Below, piece by piece: positions 1 to 8,781 of a stretch of DNA of 64,000 bases. Under the pieces are notes generated by a model. It had not been told where the DNA came from, searched no databases, and saw only the letters and a list, made by a program, of their open reading frames with translations. The DNA is taken from positions 436 to 64,435 of the forward strand of contig DAOOUQ010000024.1 in assembly GCA_035390825.1 (NCBI GenBank). The letters run 5' to 3'. The stretch comes from Bacteroidales bacterium (GTDB taxonomy: Bacteria; Bacteroidota; Bacteroidia; Bacteroidales; VadinHA17). Each line of letters begins with the position of its first letter. Within the stretch, counting starts at the first letter, position 1. A program made the position numbers and the translations under genes.

Positions 1-252
1 GCGGCGGCCTGTGGTTCGGCCGCGTCTAAGACGCTGGTAATGGACCAAACATACAGAGGTGGGAAGGGAAATATTCATTACCTGCCGTTCTGATCAGCAA
101 AGGGTGAAAACGTTATATAAAGAAGACGGAAGAGATGTTAAGACAAAGTATAAGGCACTGGGGCAGAAAAGCGAAAGGTCCGGGCCCTCAGCTCCGAAGC
201 ACGACATGCCCAAACTCTGCCCTTCAGGGCGGAGCAGATTACATGAGATGAT

Positions 253-330
253 CCGGGCTTTAGCCCTTATGGCTTATATTCCGGCTTTATCATTTCGTAT
301 TGTATTTATAAGTAAAGGGCTAAAGCCCGG
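253..330. repeat. Inverted repeat with 16-nt perfect arms around a 46-nt AT-rich spacer
   Basis: ccgggctttagccctt (253-268) is the exact reverse complement of aagggctaaagcccgg (315-330). Each arm also contains its own mini-hairpin (gggct/agccc). Confidence 0.85.
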
Positions 331-355
331 CAGGTTGATGGTCGCCCTGATCTCC

Positions 356-418
356 GCCTTGAAAGGCGGAGTTAAAGCATGACCTTATCTTTGCCTTGAA
401 AGGCGGAGTTAAAGCATG
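356..418 (+). repeat. Direct repeat, 2 x 26 nt identical copies separated by 11 nt
   Basis: gccttgaaaggcggagttaaagcatg occurs at 356-381 and again at 393-418. Each copy carries a gcc/ggc or ctccgcc/ggcggag hairpin. Confidence 0.85.
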
Positions 419-423
419 GCATA

Positions 424-453
424 TATGTAGGAAACTACGTAGTTTCCTACATA
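424..453. repeat. Perfect 30-nt palindrome
   Basis: tatgtaggaaactac|gtagtttcctacata: all 15 base pairs were checked position by position. Confidence 0.9.
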
Positions 454-529
454 GATAAACAGTATGAATATAGCACCCGAAAAAGTGATTGCCGGAATAT
501 ACGGCGACTGATGTTAACTCAGAGAAGAT

Positions 530-551
530 CCGGCTGTACAGTACAGCCCGG
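530..551 (-). terminator. Candidate hairpin terminator downstream of the 572-2185 gene
   Basis: ggctgtac / gtacagcc stem lies about 20 nt 3' of the minus-strand stop codon. No clear U-tract follows. Confidence 0.35.
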
Positions 552-571
552 CTATGGGCCTGTCGATATTA

Positions 572-2185
572 TCAGCTGAACTGGTAAACCTTCACCCAGT
601 CGACTTCCATTGTTGTCTGACCGCTGATCTGCTTGTTGAGACCTCCCGAGAAGAGCACATACATCGGCACCTGCGGTACATTTGATGTCTGCCTGAATAT
701 CTCCTCGCCGTTGATCTTCCAGACAAGCCTGTCGGCCGTCCATTCAAGGGTATAGATATAGAAATCGGAAGCATATTTTGCTCCTATAGACGATTTGAAG
801 ACACGCCCGGGATCGGGTGCAAAATCAGTCCAAATCTTTCCGTCGGAGGTTCTGCAGATATCAATGTGAGGGGTCATCTTGTCGGCAAGCATCCAGAAAT
901 TGTTCCTTGCAGCCGGGTTGCCGAGTTTTATCTTGGCCGAAAAAATACCGTACTTCTGCCTGAAAGTACTGCCTGAACTGACAATCCCGGAGGTGTAATC
1001 GAATTCTTTCGTCCTGAATCCTCCGACCGGCGACCATACTTTGCCTGTTACCCTCTGAGGCCTTGTATGAATCTTCAGCAGACTGCTGCGGACCTCAAGA
1101 TTGTCTTTACCTGTATAGGCCTGAAGATCCGAATCGAGCGAATAATTGTCCTTAAGCAGCTTGTCGCCCCAGTAATAATTTGTAAGCCAAAGTTTTGTGT
1201 CAAGGGCATCCCCGTTGAAGTCATCAAAGAAGGTAAGCTGTTTTTGTCTCAGGACATCAAACTTTTTAGAATCCTTAACCTTGAAGTACCAGATTATATC
1301 TTCATTTTTCTTAAGCTTCTCATATTCCTGAAGGCTGCGGAATTCTTCGGTCCTTTCAAAACGCTTCTTGTCAAGAAGGTACTCTTTTCTTTCCCTGAAC
1401 TCTTTTGTGCCAACATATTCCTTAAGCTCATTATACCGTTCAAGCCTCTTTGATCCGTCAAGGTTCAGGAAATTCGCATATTCCCCGGAAGCCCTGAATT
1501 TGTAATAATCACTTATATCAGGGCTTGTTCTCAGACGGTTATATTCGAGGAGCTTCTTATATTCTTCAGTGTCTTTGAAGGTTATTGGCCGCATGTTTTT
1601 CTTTGAGAGGAATTCGGGGCTATTAATATATGCTTCAAGTTCCTCAAATTTCTGAACAGCTTTCGATTTGACAGCCTCACCTCTGGCAGCAGCTTTACGG
1701 TATGCCTTTATTTCGGGATCTGATTTAAGTGATTTGAATTCAAGGAATTTCCTGTATTCATCAGTATCCTTGAATGTTATAGGTTTCATCTTCTGTTTCA
1801 GTCTGAAGGTATTCGACTTGATGAAATTCTCCAGCTCCTCAAAGTCTCGTATCTTCTGTGATCCGTCGAGCTCCTTAAATCTTTTCAGCATCGAACCTGA
1901 AACAGTTTTAAAATACTGAACTATATCCCTGGATTTTTGCATCTGAAGAAATTCCTTCTCCCTGTTATATTCTTCCGAATTTTTATACTGCAGCGATTCG
2001 ATGTCCTTTTTCTTCTGAATGAATGCAGAAGAATTCACAAGGTCGTGAAGTCCTGTATATTTTGACAATAATTCCGATTTAGTAAACGCCTGCAGCTTCT
2101 CAAATTCATCAGTTAAAGCTTTTTCGGCCTGTTCAATTTTGGACGTGGAAGGTATCAAACCAAGCAGTAGTCTCAGACTTGACAT
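572..2185 (-). CDS. Protein with four ~50-aa helical repeats and a C-terminal GH16 / concanavalin-like domain lacking the catalytic ExDxxE
   Basis: 537-aa ORF. The N-terminal half has repeats such as KPITFKDTDEYRKFLEFKSLKSDPEIKAY and RPITFKDTEEYKKLLEYNRLRTSPDISDY. The C-terminus has a GH16-like core (GIFSAKIKLG...NFWML...HIDICR...YTLEWTADRLVWKINGEEI). No obvious signal peptide. Confidence 0.8.
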   Translation of the reverse strand: MSSLRLLLGLIPSTSKIEQAEKALTDEFEKLQAFTKSELLSKYTGLHDLVNSSAFIQKKKDIESLQYKNSEEYNREKEFLQMQKSRDIVQYFKTVSGSMLKRFKELDGSQKIRDFEELENFIKSNTFRLKQKMKPITFKDTDEYRKFLEFKSLKSDPEIKAYRKAAARGEAVKSKAVQKFEELEAYINSPEFLSKKNMRPITFKDTEEYKKLLEYNRLRTSPDISDYYKFRASGEYANFLNLDGSKRLERYNELKEYVGTKEFRERKEYLLDKKRFERTEEFRSLQEYEKLKKNEDIIWYFKVKDSKKFDVLRQKQLTFFDDFNGDALDTKLWLTNYYWGDKLLKDNYSLDSDLQAYTGKDNLEVRSSLLKIHTRPQRVTGKVWSPVGGFRTKEFDYTSGIVSSGSTFRQKYGIFSAKIKLGNPAARNNFWMLADKMTPHIDICRTSDGKIWTDFAPDPGRVFKSSIGAKYASDFYIYTLEWTADRLVWKINGEEIFRQTSNVPQVPMYVLFSGGLNKQISGQTTMEVDWVKVYQFS

Positions 2186-2371
2186 TGTAAAAAGGTTTTA
2201 AACAACTGGTTAAAGATAAATAAACTTGTATTATAACGTTACGGGCATCTAATTATTTGATGGCAGCATGAGAAATAGGTAACATACAGTTGCCGGTTGT
2301 GGATTAAAATGCTGCATACGTAGAGCCGGGAAATGTTCCTGTAAACCACTAAGAATTTTCTTTAAAAAAAT

Positions 2372-2403
2372 TTTGTCATGTAAAATTTTTCTTTTTATCT
2401 TTG
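2372..2403 (+). promoter_or_regulatory. Bacteroidota-type promoter (-33 TTTG, 20-nt spacer, -7 TAtcTTTG) for the TetR-led cluster
   Basis: TTTG at 2372-2375 and tatctttg at 2396-2403, 57 nt upstream of the ATG at 2460. A partly palindromic ttgaccaaccgttcagccaa sequence overlaps the -7 box and may be an operator. Confidence 0.5.
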
Positions 2404-2459
2404 ACCAACCGTTCAGCCAAAAATGAATAAAAAATAAAATATTTTATAATCAGAAGGAT

Positions 2460-3101
2460 ATGTCACCGAGAACGCCAAAGCAATTTCAGGAGATAAGGGA
2501 AGAGAAAATGACGCTTATAATGGATGTTGCACTTGAACATTTTGCAAACGAAGGCTATTTCCGGACTACAATAAATCATATTGCAAAGCATGCGGGGATA
2601 TCCAAAGGGCTTATGTACAACTATTTCGACAGCAAGGAAGCCCTTCTGAAGGCAATTATCCACCGGTCGGTAAATGAAATATACAAATACCTTGATATCA
2701 ACAGGGATGGCTATCTCAATGAGACTGAATTCGAATTCTTTATAAGAAAGATAGATATACTGCTTCAGGAGAAGAAGTACTTTTTCAGGCTGTTGATGCA
2801 GCTTCTTATGCAAAATGATGTGAAGGATGAATTTCTGAAAGCGTTTCCAGAATCCGATTCATTCATACATCCGGGTCATGAGCCCGGCGATAACTTTTAC
2901 CCGTCGCAGATAATGAAGATGTTCACAGATTACTTCTCAAGGAAAAAGGGAGGAAAAGGAAATCAGTCTGATCCTTCCGGGGAGTTCGAGCTGTTCAAGA
3001 CGATCATGCTGGGATATTCGGTGAAGACAGTTTATACTGCAGACACAAGGTTTGAGCATGATAAAAAGGAAATTGATAAGATTATAGAGTTATTTAAATA
3101 A
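2460..3101 (+). CDS. TetR/AcrR family transcriptional regulator
   Basis: N-terminal HTH signature HIAKHAGISKGLMYNYFDSKEALL; 213 aa. Confidence 0.9.
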   Translation: MSPRTPKQFQEIREEKMTLIMDVALEHFANEGYFRTTINHIAKHAGISKGLMYNYFDSKEALLKAIIHRSVNEIYKYLDINRDGYLNETEFEFFIRKIDILLQEKKYFFRLLMQLLMQNDVKDEFLKAFPESDSFIHPGHEPGDNFYPSQIMKMFTDYFSRKKGGKGNQSDPSGEFELFKTIMLGYSVKTVYTADTRFEHDKKEIDKIIELFK

Positions 3102-3109
3102 AGGACCCG

Positions 3110-3874
3110 ATGAAAAGCGGATTTATATCATTTCTTTCATTCATTGCCCCGGCGCTGTTATCAAATGTCATTGCCGGACAGACACTGACAGCCACCGACA
3201 TAGTAAGAAAAGCCGATGAGAAATTCAACGGAGAGAAAAGCAGTTACAGCGTGATGTCGATGACCATTGTGAGGCCCTCGTGGCAGCGTACAATCGAAAT
3301 AAAAAGCTGGAGCCTCGGGCGCGACTACGCGCTTGCACTCATAACATCCCCGGCCAAAGAAGCTGGCCAGACTTTCCTGAAAAGGAATTCCGAAATGTGG
3401 AGCTGGAATCCTGCGATAAACAGGCTCATAAAGCTTCCTCCGTCGATGATGTCGCAGGGATGGATGGGTTCCGACTATACGAATGATGATATCCTGCGCG
3501 AATCATCAGTTGTAAACGATTATTCTCATGAAATTGAAGGCGAGGAGACGATAGCCGGCAGGCTGTGCTACAAAATAAGGATGAATGCAAAGGAAAGCGC
3601 GTCAATTGTCTGGGGGAAACAGGTAAGGTGGATCGATAAAAAAGACTTTCTTGTCATGAAGGTCGAATTGTATGATGAAGACGGGTATCTTGTAAGAACC
3701 GAGACAGGCTCGGATATCAAAACGATGGATGGAAGGGCCATTACCTCAAAAATCCGTCTCGTTCCGCAGGATGAGCCTGAAAACAGCACGATAATCGAAA
3801 TAAAGGAAATAAAATTCAACTTACCGCTTGAGGAAGGATTTTTCTCACAGCAGAACATGAAAAGGGTACGCTGA
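3110..3874 (+). CDS. Outer membrane lipoprotein-sorting (LolA-like) protein
   Basis: Signal peptide, size (~250 aa) and sequence style fit the LolA-like family usually found next to FtsX/ABC genes. Tightly coupled to its neighbours (9-nt and 18-nt gaps). Confidence 0.7.
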   Translation: MKSGFISFLSFIAPALLSNVIAGQTLTATDIVRKADEKFNGEKSSYSVMSMTIVRPSWQRTIEIKSWSLGRDYALALITSPAKEAGQTFLKRNSEMWSWNPAINRLIKLPPSMMSQGWMGSDYTNDDILRESSVVNDYSHEIEGEETIAGRLCYKIRMNAKESASIVWGKQVRWIDKKDFLVMKVELYDEDGYLVRTETGSDIKTMDGRAITSKIRLVPQDEPENSTIIEIKEIKFNLPLEEGFFSQQNMKRVR

Positions 3875-3891
3875 CATCAGAAATATTAAGG

Positions 3892-5313
3892 ATGAAGGAG
3901 GAATTTAAAATTGCATGGAGAAACCTGTGGAGAAACAGGCGCCGGACAATAATTACCGCGTCATCGGTTTTCTTTGCCGTCTTTTTTTCGGTGATAATGC
4001 GCTCGTACCAGCTGGGATCATACGATCATATGATAAACAGCTTCATACAATCCTTTACAGGATACCTGCAGGTACAGCATGTAAGATATCATGATGATCC
4101 GCTGATTGACAATTCATTTGAATACAATGATTCGATTGTTGCAGCCATCAGGGGCATTGAAAACGTGGTGTCGGCAACTCCTCACATAGAGTCTTTCACC
4201 CTGGCATCGAGCGGAATGCAAACAAAGGGGGTGGCCGTAATTGCCATTGATCCGGCTATGGAAAAAAACTTCACTGATCCGGAGGGCAAACTTGTAAAAT
4301 ACAGGATTACAGAAAAAGTCCTCGAAACTGTCAGCGCCGATGGCAAAATTACAGGAGAGGCGTTTGAAAAGCTGAAAAAAAACACCGGAAGATCCTATTC
4401 TTCGGCCGAAAGGCTTGAACTTGAACTCGGACTGAGTGAAACCGAAAAGGCACAGTTCCTTCCTTTGATCATGGATCTCTCGGAGGAAAAGAACGGGTAT
4501 CTGTCGGAGGATGATGAAGGCATTCTTGTTTCCGACAGGCTCGCAACCTTTCTGAAAGTAGGCATAGGCGACTCGGTCATCCTTATGGGGCAGGGTTACC
4601 ATGGTGTGAGCGCAAACGGCATATTCCCGGTAAGGGGAATAATCAAAATGCCGTCTCCCGACCTTGACAATAAAATGATAGTGATGACCATTCGGGCTGC
4701 CCAGGAATTCTTTGATGTTGAAGGCAGGGTCACTTCCATCGTGATTAATCTCAAGGGAAAATCCGATAGAATTATAAGAAACGCAAAAAAAAGTATCAAT
4801 TCCATCCTCCCCGACAGCAATACAACAGCCAGGACCTGGTATGAGCTTAATCCTATCCTGTATCAGCAGATACAGGGCGACAGCCAGACGGGGATCGCGA
4901 TGCTCGCGTTATTGTACTTCATAATCTTCTTTGGCATTTTCGGAACTGTGCTTATGATGGTTTCGGAAAGAAGAAAAGAATTCGGGGTGCTTTTATCGAT
5001 AGGCATGCAGAAATCGATACTCAAGAGGATAGTAACAATTGAAATGATGTTTCTTGGAATCATCGGACTTGTTTCGGGTTTGCTGGCAAGTCTCCCTGTA
5101 ATCCTGTATTTTCATTATAACCCGATCCTTCTTAAAGGTGAACTTGGGAACATGATGGAGGATTACGGCTGGGACGCAGTAATGCCCACGGCGACGGTGG
5201 GCCCGTATTTTTACTGGCAGGCCGTGGTAATTGCCCTGATGGTGGGGCTGGCGACAATTTACCCTTTGAGGAAAATCGGGAAGTTGAAGGAAATTGAAGC
5301 ACTGAAAGCATAA
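3892..5313 (+). CDS. ABC transporter permease, FtsX/MacB-like
   Basis: N-terminal motif AWRNLWRNRRRT, one TM helix, a large periplasmic domain and a C-terminal 3-TM FtsX module. Confidence 0.88.
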   Translation: MKEEFKIAWRNLWRNRRRTIITASSVFFAVFFSVIMRSYQLGSYDHMINSFIQSFTGYLQVQHVRYHDDPLIDNSFEYNDSIVAAIRGIENVVSATPHIESFTLASSGMQTKGVAVIAIDPAMEKNFTDPEGKLVKYRITEKVLETVSADGKITGEAFEKLKKNTGRSYSSAERLELELGLSETEKAQFLPLIMDLSEEKNGYLSEDDEGILVSDRLATFLKVGIGDSVILMGQGYHGVSANGIFPVRGIIKMPSPDLDNKMIVMTIRAAQEFFDVEGRVTSIVINLKGKSDRIIRNAKKSINSILPDSNTTARTWYELNPILYQQIQGDSQTGIAMLALLYFIIFFGIFGTVLMMVSERRKEFGVLLSIGMQKSILKRIVTIEMMFLGIIGLVSGLLASLPVILYFHYNPILLKGELGNMMEDYGWDAVMPTATVGPYFYWQAVVIALMVGLATIYPLRKIGKLKEIEALKA

Positions 5314-5325
5314 AAACTCATTGTC

Positions 5326-6750
5326 ATGTTATTGTCAATTGCATGGAAGAATATATGGCGCAACAAGAAAAGAAGCCTTGTTGTAATTGTTGCGGTTACC
5401 CTTGGAATAATTTCAGGCGTCCTTCTTGTCGGTATAATGGAAGGCTGGGTCAGGCAGCGCCTTAAAGACGCAATAAACAATGAGGTATCTCACATCCAGA
5501 TCCATAATACAGGCTATTTAAGGAACGAAGAGATAGACCTTTCGGTCGATAATGTCGATCAGATTTCAAAAAGCATTGATACACTGCGTCAGCTTAAGGG
5601 CCGTGCCGCGAGGACAAAGATAATTGCGATGGCAAACACTCCATGGGCGAACACCGGCTTAATTGTTTATGGAATAAATCCAGATGACGAGAGAAAGATA
5701 TCTGACATTCCCGGGAAGATCGTTGCCGGCGGCGGTGAATATATTGACAGCCGGAATCAGGGGTCAATTCTGATAAGCGATAAAACAGCCGAACTTCTTA
5801 AGCTTAAACAGTATATTGTGACCGACAGTGTGATCAGCGAGCTGAGGGCCCTGCGCATCCCCGATCCGGTATTGCTTAAGCTGGAAACCATTAAGGACAG
5901 GCGGTTCAGATCACCAAAGGATTTCAAGGAGGCCCTCGGGAAGGAGCTCATCAGAAAGGAACTTGACAGATACGGGGCGGGGATAATGGAAAAGGCCCTC
6001 GATTACAGGATAAGAAACAAGGTGCAGATAACAATTTCCGACCTTCAGGGCGATCCCGTGCAGGGTATTTTCAGGGTATGCGGGATATATAAAACAACAA
6101 ATACAGGCTATGACCAGGTCTCCGCTTTTGTCAATGCCCCCGACCTGGCTGCCCTGTATGGTGGCAATAAGATTCTCACACATGAAATTGCCATCATGTT
6201 AAATGATATCAGTGATGCCGGTGTTGTAAGTGATGAATTGGGCAGGCTGCCGGGGGCGAATACCGTCGACACCTGGAAGGAACTTGCCCCAGACGCAGCA
6301 ATGATGAATGACTTTATGATAATTTATTACTTCATTTTTGTCGGAATAATAATGCTGGCCCTCGCTTTCGGAATAATAAACACAATGCTTATGGCTGTTC
6401 TTGAAAGGACAAAGGAACTGGGAATGCTGATGGCCATCGGCATGAACCGGAAGAGGGTCTTCAGCATGATTATGCTTGAAACAATATTTCTGACCCTTGT
6501 CGGAGCTGTTTCCGGTATGGGATTGGGTTGGGGTATTGCTTCGGTCCTGGGAAAAACAGGCATTCATTTTACAGGCTGGGGAGAAGGATTTGAAGCGATC
6601 GGATTCTCATCGGTTGTTTATCCGGTCGTCACTCCGGGATTTATCGCTTTCACGGCGGCCATGGTTATTTTCACTGCCACGGTTTCGTCAGTGTGGCCGG
6701 CAAGGAAGGCCCTGAAGCTGAATCCGGTTGAAGCGTTGAGGACAGATTGA
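5326..6750 (+). CDS. ABC transporter permease, FtsX/MacB-like (second copy)
   Basis: AWKNIWRNKKRS motif and the same architecture as the preceding gene. Confidence 0.88.
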   Translation: MLLSIAWKNIWRNKKRSLVVIVAVTLGIISGVLLVGIMEGWVRQRLKDAINNEVSHIQIHNTGYLRNEEIDLSVDNVDQISKSIDTLRQLKGRAARTKIIAMANTPWANTGLIVYGINPDDERKISDIPGKIVAGGGEYIDSRNQGSILISDKTAELLKLKQYIVTDSVISELRALRIPDPVLLKLETIKDRRFRSPKDFKEALGKELIRKELDRYGAGIMEKALDYRIRNKVQITISDLQGDPVQGIFRVCGIYKTTNTGYDQVSAFVNAPDLAALYGGNKILTHEIAIMLNDISDAGVVSDELGRLPGANTVDTWKELAPDAAMMNDFMIIYYFIFVGIIMLALAFGIINTMLMAVLERTKELGMLMAIGMNRKRVFSMIMLETIFLTLVGAVSGMGLGWGIASVLGKTGIHFTGWGEGFEAIGFSSVVYPVVTPGFIAFTAAMVIFTATVSSVWPARKALKLNPVEALRTD

Positions 6751-6753
6751 GGT

Positions 6754-6821
6754 AATTTCGGATTTCGGATTTTTGATTTCGGATTTATAAATCCGAATTC
6801 ACCCTTCCGAAATCCGAAATT
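6754..6821 (+). repeat. REP/MITE-like nested hairpin element with heptamer arms (copy A)
   Basis: The 16-nt arm aatttcggatttcgga (6754-6769) is the exact reverse complement of tccgaaatccgaaatt (6806-6821). There is an inner hairpin ttcggatt-tata-aatccgaa. The arms are tandem atttcgg heptamers. About 93% identical to the copy at 10666-10734. Confidence 0.85.
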
Positions 6822-6882
6822 CAGGTAATCCGGAATCCTGAATTTTACCAAACAGTTATGTACACTAAATATCGATTGTGCT

Positions 6883-7578
6883 ATGAGAGTTCTCGAATTG
6901 AAAAATGTGAATAAAGTCTATAACTCTTCGGAAGTTAAGGTGCATGCCGTGAATGATGTAACCCTCGATTTCACTGAAGCTGAATTTGCGGCTATTGTCG
7001 GACCTTCAGGCTCGGGGAAGACAACTCTTCTTAACCTGATAGGAGGCCTTGATATGCCCACTTCAGGAGAAATAATAATCGGAGGCACAGATCTTTCCAA
7101 ATTGAAGCCATCGCAGCTGATCGACTTCAGGCTCAGGAACATCGGATTCGTGTTCCAGTCATATAACCTCATTCCTGTCCTGACTGCAAAGGAAAATGTT
7201 GAATTCATTATGACACTGCAGAAATGGCCCCAGAAGGAGAGGGATGAAAGAACAATGGAATTGCTTAATGCAGTGGGCCTTGGGGAAAGAATGAACAGCC
7301 GGCCCTCCCGGCTGTCGGGCGGCCAGCAGCAGAGAGTGGCAGTTGCAAGGGCCCTGGCTTCCAGACCGAAATTCGTCCTTGCTGACGAACCAACAGCGAA
7401 CCTCGATTCAAAATCGGCTACGACCCTTCTCGAGATTATGGAAAAGCTTAATCACGGTGAAAAGATAACATTTATCTTTTCAACACATGACCCGAGAGTC
7501 GTTAAAATGGCCCATCGCGTTATTACACTTGAGGACGGGAAAGTCGTTTCTGATGACATAAGGGAATTGCCGTCATAA
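6883..7578 (+). CDS. ABC transporter ATP-binding protein (LolD/MacB-type)
   Basis: Walker A GPSGSGKTT, signature LSGGQQQRVAVARAL, Walker B FVLADEPT. Confidence 0.95.
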   Translation: MRVLELKNVNKVYNSSEVKVHAVNDVTLDFTEAEFAAIVGPSGSGKTTLLNLIGGLDMPTSGEIIIGGTDLSKLKPSQLIDFRLRNIGFVFQSYNLIPVLTAKENVEFIMTLQKWPQKERDERTMELLNAVGLGERMNSRPSRLSGGQQQRVAVARALASRPKFVLADEPTANLDSKSATTLLEIMEKLNHGEKITFIFSTHDPRVVKMAHRVITLEDGKVVSDDIRELPS

Positions 7579-7590
7579 TAATATTATCTT

Positions 7591-8742
7591 ATGAAAAAGC
7601 AGTTTTTTGCATTTGTTCTTGTCCTGTTTTTGCCTGCAGCGGCAATACTGCCACAGGAGAAGAGCCAGGTTTCACTGAACGGATATATTACTACAATGCA
7701 AAGCTCCATGTTTGAAAAGCTTTCCGGATCGTTCATGAACGAGAATCTGCTCCATAACAGGCTCAACCTTAAGGCATACCTGAGCAATGGCATCACCTTT
7801 ACAGGTGAACTGAGGAACAGGCTTTTTACGGGCGATTTTGTCAGAATGGGATCATATTATTCTGATATCATAGGTTATGACAGGGGGGTTGCTGACATGT
7901 CATGGAACATATTCAGTGAAAATTCTCTATTATTTAACTCGACGGTTGATCGTTTAAACGTTGATTTTACTTTCAAGAAAGTTCAGATTACCGCCGGCCG
8001 TCAGCGTATCAACTGGGGGCAGACCTTTGTCTGGAACCCGAATGATATTTTCAATGCCTATTCATTTTTTGATTTCGACTATGTTGAAAGGCCAGGCAGT
8101 GATGCGGTAAGGCTTCAGTATTTTACATCCTCCTCATCGGTTGCCGAGATTGCCGTCAAAGCCGATAATAATCACGACATTACTGCAGCAGGGCTTTATC
8201 GTTTCAGTAAATGGGGTTATGATATCCAGTTTCTTGCCGGGTTTGTGAACGGGAGGGACATTGTAATAGGAACCGGCTGGTCCGGCGCCATAGGCGGGTT
8301 GTCGTTCAGGGGTGAGGTTTCATGGTTTGATCAGTATGAGGATTTCCCGGGTGATGAAAGTACTGTTCTGGCAACGGCGGGTATTGAAAAGATCTTTAAA
8401 AACAACTCGATGGCTCAGGTACAAATAATGTATTGCAACAATCCGCTTGCGCTTAATGATTTCAATTCGTTCTATTCGGGGAATCTCTCTTCAAAGGATC
8501 TGGCCTTTTCGGTTTTCTCTGCCTTTGGGCAGTTCAGTTGGGCGGCAACACCGCTTATAAACCTTACTGCCTCGGCAATGTGGTTGCCCGATCTTGATGG
8601 ATGGTTCGCAGGTCCGTCGTTCGATTATTCACTGGCTGAAAATCTCGATTTTTCTCTGATATGGCAGCATTTCGATGCTCTGATGGGCGGTGAAAAGACG
8701 AAAATAAATCTGGCCTTTTTAAGGCTTAAATACAGTTTCTGA
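7591..8742 (+). CDS. Putative outer-membrane beta-barrel protein
   Basis: Signal peptide, alternating beta-strand-like composition and a C-terminal LRLKYSF typical of outer membrane proteins. Last gene of the ABC cluster. Confidence 0.6.
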   Translation: MKKQFFAFVLVLFLPAAAILPQEKSQVSLNGYITTMQSSMFEKLSGSFMNENLLHNRLNLKAYLSNGITFTGELRNRLFTGDFVRMGSYYSDIIGYDRGVADMSWNIFSENSLLFNSTVDRLNVDFTFKKVQITAGRQRINWGQTFVWNPNDIFNAYSFFDFDYVERPGSDAVRLQYFTSSSSVAEIAVKADNNHDITAAGLYRFSKWGYDIQFLAGFVNGRDIVIGTGWSGAIGGLSFRGEVSWFDQYEDFPGDESTVLATAGIEKIFKNNSMAQVQIMYCNNPLALNDFNSFYSGNLSSKDLAFSVFSAFGQFSWAATPLINLTASAMWLPDLDGWFAGPSFDYSLAENLDFSLIWQHFDALMGGEKTKINLAFLRLKYSF

Positions 8743-8781
8743 AAATTTCATACTTTTAAAACTTCATCCAATCACAGATCG

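Noticed and set aside
35-90. Cobalamin-riboswitch-like fragments (gctggtaatgg, ggtgggaaggg, ttacctgccg) at the window start
   Set aside because: These are only partial matches to the ACUGUAA / GGGAAGG / ACCUGCC elements. No clear B12 box is present and no plus-strand gene lies downstream to regulate. cmsearch with an extended window is needed. It stays within the broader finding on 1-571.
173-185. gaaaggtccgggc, which resembles the RNase P P4 motif (GAAAGUCCGGGC) and the SRP RNA AGGUCCGG segment
   Set aside because: It carries an extra G relative to the RNase P motif. The other universally conserved RNase P and SRP elements are absent or in the wrong order in the surrounding sequence.
59-382. 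107-aa plus-strand ORF
   Set aside because: It runs straight through the inverted and direct repeat hairpins, has no recognisable motif, and has an odd composition. Most likely a chance ORF in non-coding DNA.
356-418. Possible CRISPR array, based on identical 26-nt direct repeats
   Set aside because: There are only two copies, the spacer is 11 nt and the repeat is short. No cas genes occur anywhere in the window.
2305-2315. DnaA-box-like ttgtggatta
   Set aside because: It is a single copy with one mismatch to TGTGGATAA, and there is no cluster or AT-rich unwinding element.
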